A stretch of DNA of 64,000 bases from a virus: the IMG/VR virus record IMGVR_UViG_3300048849_000076, positions 1 to 64,000 of that record. The stretch is one strand, 5' to 3'. This document shows, one piece after another, positions 53,061 to 59,025 of the stretch (the stretch's first letter is position 1; each line of letters begins with the position of its first letter). The position numbers and the translations under genes are program-made. Below the pieces are notes generated by a model. It was not told the DNA's origin. It ran no database searches and was given only the letters and a program-made list of their open reading frames with translations.

Positions 53061-53369
53061 TCAACGAGATTTCCTCCGCGCCAACCGCTGAGCCTTACGC
53101 TTCGCATGTCGGTTGGGATCAGCCGGCCCTCGTGGGTTGGGCGTCTCTCGCCGGAGGCCATCGAATGAGTACCGGCTGGGTTCGGGATAGAACCTCAACG
53201 GTTCATGTTCGAGGAACCGACGCGGGTCGGGATAGAGATCCAGCTCCGGGGTCCGAAGAGCATCGGCCGACACCAGATCGACTCGATGACCTGCCGCCAT
53301 GATTGCGGCAGCAGCCAAACCAAGGCTGTGCCCGCCACTGAGAATCGCGATGCGTGGTTTCTTGTCCAT
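53061..53369 (-). CDS. hypothetical protein with basic C-terminus
   Basis: ATG 53369 shares one base with the upstream TAA. Confidence 0.55.
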   Translation of the reverse strand: MDKKPRIAILSGGHSLGLAAAAIMAAGHRVDLVSADALRTPELDLYPDPRRFLEHEPLRFYPEPSRYSFDGLRRETPNPRGPADPNRHAKRKAQRLARRKSR

Positions 53370-53698
53370 TACGCTGTCACCTCGGGCTTCAGAAGCTTGT
53401 CCTGTTCGAAGACGTCTCGAGTGCAAATCGAGAAGTCGCCGTAGTATTTGGCCTGGTGGATGATCAGACCCTCGGTGGTCTCGAAATGACCTTCGATGAA
53501 GCCCTCATAGGCAGTGGCCTTGGTGTCATCGGGGAAGATCGCTCGATAGGCACTCTCCTCCATCGAGAACTTGAGGTCGCTGCAGTAGGTCATGTGCAGG
53601 TACTTGAACGGTCCCAGCACGCCACCATCGAAGCCCCAGTCGTCGAGCTCTTCGTCGACTGTGTTTCTGCCATGAAAGAGATGTAGGTAGACGGTCAT
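53369..53698 (-). CDS. hypothetical protein
   Basis: ATG 53698 in an ATGA overlap with the upstream stop. Confidence 0.6.
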   Translation of the reverse strand: MTVYLHLFHGRNTVDEELDDWGFDGGVLGPFKYLHMTYCSDLKFSMEESAYRAIFPDDTKATAYEGFIEGHFETTEGLIIHQAKYYGDFSICTRDVFEQDKLLKPEVTA

Positions 53699-54024
53699 GC
53701 TGCGAGCTCCTTTGCTCGGTCCCACATCGCCATGACTTCAGCGTGGGTATGGGTGTCGTTGAATGTTGCGATGAGGAAGCTCTCACCCATCCGCTCTTTG
53801 ACGGCCTGGCCAAGAGCGTGCTTTACGGCCCGCTGAAGATCGTCATCAACGCGGGCGGTGATGCGATAGAAGGCACCATAGGAGCAGAAGCAGACAGCCT
53901 CATCGCCAAAGCCATTGGTCTCAAAACCATTCTTGTCTCGAGCGTTGACGCCCTGGGTCCAGTGGGCCGGATCGCGGATCAGATCCTGGGCTCGCGTCAG
54001 CAATTCAAGTACGGAGGATGTCAT
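53695..54024 (-). CDS. hypothetical protein
   Basis: 109-aa ORF in the operon. Confidence 0.65.
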   Translation of the reverse strand: MTSSVLELLTRAQDLIRDPAHWTQGVNARDKNGFETNGFGDEAVCFCSYGAFYRITARVDDDLQRAVKHALGQAVKERMGESFLIATFNDTHTHAEVMAMWDRAKELAA

Positions 54025-54196
54025 TGATCTCTCTCAGGATGTCGCGGGGGAAGGTGTTCTCGACTGCCTTGCAAGGCTCGAGGTTCTCGACTGACGCTCC
54101 GCACAGTGGGCACGGGTTCGGCGTCTCTTCGTGGCAGGGGCACTTCGACTGAGCCCAGTGCTTGATCTTGCTGAGCAGTTTCTGCTCACGAGACAC
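54005..54196 (-). CDS. small Cys-rich protein
   Basis: CPCHEETPNPCPLCG segment. 63 aa. Confidence 0.5.
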   Translation of the reverse strand: MSREQKLLSKIKHWAQSKCPCHEETPNPCPLCGASVENLEPCKAVENTFPRDILREINDILRT

Positions 54197-54395
54197 TTGT
54201 CACCGCGACTGTGAACTCCTGATCGATCCCGTCGTCCTTGCCCCAGACACCGTCGAGGTAGCCGACGATCGTGATTGGGATGCGAAGGTTCTCGGGGCAG
54301 GGGCCGGCCTCGCGGGGGAGGGCCGCGAAGTGCTTGGCAAGCTTCGAGCGGTCGCCTTCGATACTGATGATTGCAAATTCGGAAGTCAGACGCAT
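54186..54395 (-). CDS. hypothetical protein
   Basis: 69-aa ORF in the operon. Confidence 0.5.
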   Translation of the reverse strand: MRLTSEFAIISIEGDRSKLAKHFAALPREAGPCPENLRIPITIVGYLDGVWGKDDGIDQEFTVAVTSVS

Positions 54396-54427
54396 GGTAT
54401 CAGCCTATGGTTGTGTAGATTGGTAAA

Positions 54428-54742
54428 TTAAGAGACGAGGTCGCCGTAGTTTTGCCCGCACTGCAGGATGGCGCCGGTTCTCTCGTCGAACCACACCTCG
54501 AGCAGGCGGATCTGGCGCTGGCTCGTCTTGTGGGTCCACTCGACCTGGGCGATGATCTTGTCGTGTAGGATCACGACCGGCTCGCCGTACTGGCTGAAAT
54601 CGATCCCGAACCCGTCGAAGTGTTTGCGGGCCTCGCGAACGAGACGAGCGTGGCATCGGTTCGACAGCTTGTGGGTACTGGTGCGGGTGCCCCAGTTCCA
54701 ATGACGGTCGTAGCCCTGATATGTGTTCTGGACCTCAATCAC
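54428..54742 (-). CDS. hypothetical protein
   Basis: 104-aa ORF in the operon. Confidence 0.6.
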   Translation of the reverse strand: MIEVQNTYQGYDRHWNWGTRTSTHKLSNRCHARLVREARKHFDGFGIDFSQYGEPVVILHDKIIAQVEWTHKTSQRQIRLLEVWFDERTGAILQCGQNYGDLVS

Positions 54743-55073
54743 GACCGAGCTTCCTCAGTACCCAACTGCGGAGCCGGTGCAGATCCTCGACGGGAAAATC
54801 TTCATAGGCTTCGAACACCGCCCCACCTCCGTATGCGTCGGTGATCATGCCGTCCTCGTAGAAGGCGAAGAACTCAGTCAGCTTATAGCCGCCACGGAGT
54901 TTGAATGGTGTGTTGTCGCCTGGGCGCCAGACCTTCCATGCTCGGCTCGGTCCCAAGATGCCCTGCTTTGGATCGAGAGCCTTGCGGTAGCCGCTGTCAT
55001 AAAGCAGGGGTCGGATGAGGCGCTTGATCTCACGGATCAGCTTGCGCTTCATTTTCATGAAGTCGTTGGACAT
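54735..55073 (-). CDS. hypothetical protein (first gene after the 55.1-55.5 kb non-coding hub)
   Basis: 112-aa ORF. Confidence 0.6.
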   Translation of the reverse strand: MSNDFMKMKRKLIREIKRLIRPLLYDSGYRKALDPKQGILGPSRAWKVWRPGDNTPFKLRGGYKLTEFFAFYEDGMITDAYGGGAVFEAYEDFPVEDLHRLRSWVLRKLGRD

Positions 55074-55300
55074 GGTTCAGCTCCATATGGATCGCAAATC
55101 GAGGATCTGGATCGCGGATCAGGTTCGGATGTGGACTGTTTGACTCAGGGCGAGTCACCAGCGCGGTTTGTGAGGTTGGTTGGTCTGTCATCCCCTGTAG
55201 GGGAGAAGGGCCGCTGGTGGGCCGCTGTGACGATCTTCACCACAATGGTGGTTTGATTTCGCTGAGAAATCGGGACCGGTCGAGCTCTCTAGAACATTTT

Positions 55301-55315
55301 CAGTACACTATACTC
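55301..55315. promoter_or_regulatory. 15-bp palindromic motif copy (inverted orientation)
   Basis: CAGTACACTATACTC is the exact reverse complement of the copy at 55400. Confidence 0.6.
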
Positions 55316-55399
55316 TCTTTTTCTTCTTTAGGGGAAAGTAGAAGAAAAATAAGAAGTATAACCAAAAACGGTCCAAATCCGACACATTCAGGCTCAACC

Positions 55400-55414
55400 G
55401 AGTATAGTGTACTG
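55400..55414. promoter_or_regulatory. 15-bp palindromic motif copy
   Basis: GAGTATAGTGTACTG. Confidence 0.6.
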
Positions 55415-55436
55415 GCCCCTCCACCCCCACTGGTAC

Positions 55437-55472
55437 GAACCCGAACCCGAACCCGAACCCGAACCCGAACCC
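55437..55472. repeat. perfect hexanucleotide tandem repeat (GAACCC)x6
   Basis: Six uninterrupted units read directly. Begins 8 nt beyond the stop of the minus-strand gene at 55480. Confidence 0.95.
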
Positions 55473-55479
55473 GATCCTG

Positions 55480-55653
55480 TCACAGAGCTGCTAGCCTGCG
55501 ATCCCGCCCCTTGCGAACACGAGGCTTGAACTTCGTCACCTCATGATACGAGATGCCTTGCCTCGCGAGCCACGCATGGGCATCGCGAAAATTCCAGGCC
55601 ATCAAGGAGCCGAGCATCCGACCCTTGGCATCGAGATAAAAATACTCTGTCAT
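55480..55653 (-). CDS. small basic hypothetical protein (57 aa)
   Basis: Below the ORF-track cutoff. ATGA overlap with the upstream stop at 55653/55650. Confidence 0.55.
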   Translation of the reverse strand: MTEYFYLDAKGRMLGSLMAWNFRDAHAWLARQGISYHEVTKFKPRVRKGRDRRLAAL

Positions 55654-55862
55654 ACCGGCGACACCTTGGCCGTGATCCAGATGAAGGCAGCAATGGCCAC
55701 CGCCACCCCGACGATCCCGATCATCGCCAGCTCAAGAGCCTTCTGGCTCTTCATGTAGCGGACGCCTCGATCGAAACCCTCGCGGTAGTCCTTCGAGCCA
55801 AGCGCTCGCTGCTTCCCATGCACGGCGTCCGAATAGCCGTGCTCGAATGTGTTCCAGAACAT
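55650..55862 (-). CDS. hypothetical protein with C-terminal TM helix
   Basis: LELAMIGIVGVAVAIAAFIWI hydrophobic segment. Confidence 0.6.
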   Translation of the reverse strand: MFWNTFEHGYSDAVHGKQRALGSKDYREGFDRGVRYMKSQKALELAMIGIVGVAVAIAAFIWITAKVSPV

Positions 55863-55864
55863 GG

Positions 55865-56272
55865 TCAGTGTGCCCTCCTGTAATAAAGATCCTTCTCGGC
55901 GCCACCCAGCTGGTGAGCCGCGAGCCGCACCTGGTCGACGATCCAGGGCAGCGAACCGCGAACCCGAGCGAAGATGTGACCCGTGGTCCGGTCGATGATG
56001 AGCCAGAGCGGCGCATCATGGGTCTCGTTGAACAGCGTCAGGCTCGATCGATTTGGCCGTGGCTCGGGTTCGCGGTTCCGGATCGGCTTAGGTGCCTCAT
56101 GGGGCTTGCGATCCACGAACTGCTCGGTCTGCAGCTCACCGCGGCTCATGGCTCGTGAACCATGCGACATATATTCGGCCTCGACCCGATCCTGGGTCGC
56201 GAAGCTGAACTTGCGGCCGGCTGGAATTTGGGGGCGGGTTTTGTATTTCGGATTGGTTGTTTCGAGGATCAT
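55865..56272 (-). CDS. hypothetical protein
   Basis: ATG 56272, the first ATG after the 24-bp palindrome. Weak SD. Confidence 0.5.
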   Translation of the reverse strand: MILETTNPKYKTRPQIPAGRKFSFATQDRVEAEYMSHGSRAMSRGELQTEQFVDRKPHEAPKPIRNREPEPRPNRSSLTLFNETHDAPLWLIIDRTTGHIFARVRGSLPWIVDQVRLAAHQLGGAEKDLYYRRAH

Positions 56273-56337
56273 GTTCGAAATCCCGGTTTTCGCGGTTTTA
56301 GAGGAAGGTTTCGCGCGTCTAGGTTGTAGACGGAGGT

Positions 56338-56361
56338 AAGGCTCCCCCGCGGGGGAGCCTT
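56338..56361. repeat. perfect 24-bp palindrome containing TCCCCCGCGGGGGA (copy 2)
   Basis: AAGGCTCCCCCGCGGGGGAGCCTT lies between two minus-strand genes. No U-tract on either side. Confidence 0.85.
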
Positions 56362-56366
56362 GGGTC

Positions 56367-57095
56367 TTAGGAGGCGAGGGCCATCGGTTCGGCTGCGGTG
56401 GTGGCATTGACCACCATGGCCGTGAGTTGCTCTTGAACCATGGCCATGTCCTCGACACTCAACCGAGTGACGATGTGGGCGAGCACCTGCATCATGTCGT
56501 CGCGACTCGCATCGGCAAGCGCCCCGATTGCGGCCTCTGCCGGCGTGCGTTCCGGCTTGGCGGAAGCGGCGTCTTGCGCCTTGGCTTCTGCATCCTTTGC
56601 GGACTCTGCATCGGCTTCCAGCTTGGCAGCGGTGGCTTGCGCCTCTTGTGCTGCATCGGCTTCGTCGTTGGCCTTCTTTGCGGCAATCTCTTCAAGAGAC
56701 ATGCCGGCAAGCGGCCCATAGGCGTTCTTGCCGCCAACATCGATCACGCTCATATGGGCGTTGATCATCAGGATCACGGTATCCAAGGCTTCATCAATGG
56801 CCATGGCGCGAATGTCGTCCCATGAGCGATTGCCCATGAAGAGGGGATTGTGTCGCGCCTTTTCGGCCAGCGACCACATGTTGTCGAAATTCTTGGATGA
56901 TTTGACATCCTTGCCGAACACTGCCGTGGACATGTTCTTCTTGCTGACGCCCTTGGCCATAGCCAGCATGGACAGGCCCATATACCGCTTCCAAGCCGCC
57001 TTTTCGGCGTTGCCTTGTGCGTCAATGTCCATGGCCGCGATACGATCAGCAACCGTCTTGACCGCGTATCCGAGCACCTTAGTTTCCGTTGTCAT
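56367..57095 (-). CDS. hypothetical Ala/Lys/Asp-rich early protein
   Basis: ATG 57095. The upstream part of the track ORF consists only of the GC palindromes. Confidence 0.6.
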   Translation of the reverse strand: MTTETKVLGYAVKTVADRIAAMDIDAQGNAEKAAWKRYMGLSMLAMAKGVSKKNMSTAVFGKDVKSSKNFDNMWSLAEKARHNPLFMGNRSWDDIRAMAIDEALDTVILMINAHMSVIDVGGKNAYGPLAGMSLEEIAAKKANDEADAAQEAQATAAKLEADAESAKDAEAKAQDAASAKPERTPAEAAIGALADASRDDMMQVLAHIVTRLSVEDMAMVQEQLTAMVVNATTAAEPMALAS

Positions 57096-57114
57096 TTCCG
57101 TTTCCCTTTCCGTT

Positions 57115-57153
57115 TCCCCCGCGGGGGAGAGTTGAACCATCCCCCGCGGGGGA
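57115..57153. repeat. two tandem TCCCCCGCGGGGGA palindromes (copies 3 and 4) in a 5' leader
   Basis: Exact 14-mers at 57115-57128 and 57140-57153. They are followed on the minus strand by the direct repeat GGAAACGGAAA before the ATG. Confidence 0.85.
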
Positions 57154-57438
57154 GACCAGAGAGAGGACACACCTCTCCCGGCAGGCCGCGAGCCTTTGGC
57201 CCGCTTCCCTCGTCGATCTCTCGATCAACTGTGATTACTCTATTGTTCCAACACCTGGATTGGAACCGAAGGGTACCACCTAATTATCTGATAGAATTGA
57301 GCTATTTGGCCTTAATGGGGTCAGACAAACTCTGGGAAATTTTTGAGTTTTCCGACTGCTATCATAGGCCTCCGAGCCGCGTTTCGATGACCTAAAGATA
57401 CTTGCACCACGGTTCTGAGCGCCACCCCTGAAGTGCGT

Positions 57439-57453
57439 GAGTATAGTGTACTT
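57439..57453. promoter_or_regulatory. 15-bp palindromic motif copy overlapping a TTGCAA hexamer
   Basis: GAGTATAGTGTACTT. TTGCAA at 57452-57457 is followed 18 nt later by CATAAA. Lies 68 nt upstream of plus-strand ATG 57521. Confidence 0.55.
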
Positions 57454-57520
57454 GCAAAATGCAGTCCGTTTAGCGCATAAAGCCCCTCAAACCTGAGCGT
57501 GTGCACCGAGACTCCCATAT

Positions 57521-58066
57521 ATGATACCGGATTTAGAGGTCTTTGGACCCTGCGCCCCAGCTGGCAGAGATATCGAGCCATTAGAACTTCGATACAAACC
57601 AAACTCGCGGCAAGAACTCGACGACGCAGGCATCGCAGGTCTGAAGAGCTATCTTGAAAGTGCCAACCTGCTCGAAATCACACGCGTTCTGAACCAGAAA
57701 ATGGTGATCCTGTGGGTCATGGACATCAAGGGAATTATCCACTTCGCTTTTGAAGAGATCGTTCACGCATCCAACGGCGAGTACCTTATGCCCTATGTAC
57801 GGGAGAATTACGCGGTAGAACAGTTGAAGGACGATATCGAAAAAGGTGTAGTCGGTCGTCTAGGTCATCCTTCTCTTTTGGAAGGGAATAGAGAGGCTAG
57901 GATCGGTGGAGAAATTGTCCTCAGATTGGAAGACGGTGACGAGACACTATGGAAGATCAACCGGCGTTCGGGGAGGTATGGGCAAAGGCCTCATCAGACG
58001 GATGAACATTTGAAGGCTGTTCATTCACTTTTGACCTACAAAGGGCTATATTTGGGTCTTGAATAG
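57521..58066 (+). CDS. hypothetical protein, gene 1 of the low-GC plus-strand island
   Basis: 181-aa ORF. Third codon positions are visibly A/T-richer than in neighbours. C-terminal core GRLGHPSLLEGNREARIGGEI..WKINRRSGRYG. No family recognised. Confidence 0.7.
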   Translation: MIPDLEVFGPCAPAGRDIEPLELRYKPNSRQELDDAGIAGLKSYLESANLLEITRVLNQKMVILWVMDIKGIIHFAFEEIVHASNGEYLMPYVRENYAVEQLKDDIEKGVVGRLGHPSLLEGNREARIGGEIVLRLEDGDETLWKINRRSGRYGQRPHQTDEHLKAVHSLLTYKGLYLGLE

Positions 58067-58094
58067 CGGTTTGATCCCGCAGAAGGTATCAAAG

Positions 58095-58754
58095 ATGAAC
58101 CTGGCCAACACTTCGCCAAAGCAGCTTAGAAGGCTTTCTGCCTCGATTGCTGAGAGCGATGAGACGCTCGCAGAGTTCCTAAGTTCACTACAAAGCACGC
58201 TCCTAGCCTTCCCGCTCGACAAGGGCGCGTTCCGCGACGAGCTTTTCATGTTGGGCGCCGACTTGTTTAACGCGGGAGTCTTGGCTGCGGCGGGCGAAGC
58301 GCGCATCGCACACGTTCTCGCAGCGGTCCCGGCTCCAACTGTGGAAGTGTTCCTAGAAGGAGTCGATGAGACCTTCGCCAAATCGGTACGTCGAGAGATC
58401 AACATCACTTCTCATACCGCTGAGAAGCTCGCACCTTCGGCTGTCGGGTCAATGTACAGGTATTTCGGCGACATCGCACTTCAGGGAGTGGGTGTAAAAT
58501 GGGCCGATTTACTTTCGGGTCGAGATCAAGAGGTGGACCACTTCTTACCAAAAGCTATGTACCCGCTATTCCCTTGGACCGGCTCGAGAGGTTTACGAAA
58601 GCATTACACCCGCCTCAACAAGGAGCAATTGAACCTGTTGATTGAAGATCTCAACACTGGTGGGGTCACCTCATTGAGCCCAGAGCTTCAAGAAAAGCTT
58701 CAGAGCCTAGGCATCCTTACTCTCATCTCCTCTGCCGGAAGATTCTCAAGATAA
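58095..58754 (+). CDS. hypothetical protein, gene 2 of the island (HNH-like DHFxPK segment)
   Basis: ATG 58095 with GAAGG SD, 28 nt after the gene 1 stop. Helical Ala/Leu-rich N-terminal half. QEVDHFLPKAMYPLFPW segment. Confidence 0.7.
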   Translation: MNLANTSPKQLRRLSASIAESDETLAEFLSSLQSTLLAFPLDKGAFRDELFMLGADLFNAGVLAAAGEARIAHVLAAVPAPTVEVFLEGVDETFAKSVRREINITSHTAEKLAPSAVGSMYRYFGDIALQGVGVKWADLLSGRDQEVDHFLPKAMYPLFPWTGSRGLRKHYTRLNKEQLNLLIEDLNTGGVTSLSPELQEKLQSLGILTLISSAGRFSR

Positions 58755-58778
58755 AGGCGCCTCAAGGGCGCCTTTTGA
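58754..58778 (+). terminator. intrinsic terminator 1 of the island
   Basis: AAGGCGCC-TCAAG-GGCGCCTT followed by TT. Confidence 0.75.
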
Positions 58779-58785
58779 TGATCGG

Positions 58786-58809
58786 AACGGCACCTGGAGG
58801 CCGTTTTTT
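58786..58809 (+). terminator. intrinsic terminator 2 of the island
   Basis: AACGGC-N8-GCCGTT followed by TTTT. Confidence 0.7.
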
Positions 58810-58823
58810 GACGATGCGGATGA

Positions 58824-58952
58824 CTACAGAACCGCGATGCTGATGTGCGTAAACAGCCACCAAAGCCCCCAGATTGTGCCTCCAATTGACGCCAGAGCCC
58901 CAATCGCGGCCCAGATCATGAGAAAATAGAGCAGATTTCCAAGTCTAGTCAT
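58824..58952 (-). CDS. possible 42-aa two-TM peptide
   Basis: MTRLGNLLYFLMIWAAIGALASIGGTIWGLWWLFTHISIAVL. Starts 1 nt after the preceding stop. Confidence 0.3.
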   Translation of the reverse strand: MTRLGNLLYFLMIWAAIGALASIGGTIWGLWWLFTHISIAVL

Positions 58953-58953
58953 G

Positions 58954-59025
58954 TCAGTTGATCCAAAAGGGGATTGAGAAGAACGCGACGAAAACCGCGA
59001 TGATGACGAAGTCCTTCCAGCTCAT
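58954..59025 (-). CDS. possible 23-aa TM peptide
   Basis: MSWKDFVIIAVFVAFFSIPFWIN. ATGA overlap with the primase-helicase stop. Confidence 0.3.
   Translation of the reverse strand: MSWKDFVIIAVFVAFFSIPFWIN

Noticed and set aside
55437-55472. Possible CRISPR array or telomere-like repeat
   Set aside because: It is a simple contiguous hexamer with no spacers, no leader and no cas genes. It is internal to the sequence, so there is no evidence of a telomere.
57171-57520. tRNA or other structured RNA gene in the AT-rich spacers (also 14877-15452)
   Set aside because: I could not find a cloverleaf, a GTTCGAATC-type T-loop or acceptor-stem pairing by eye. Only isolated hairpins were seen (for example GTTCCAA-N8-TTGGAAC at ~57245). 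A tRNAscan or Infernal run would be decisive.
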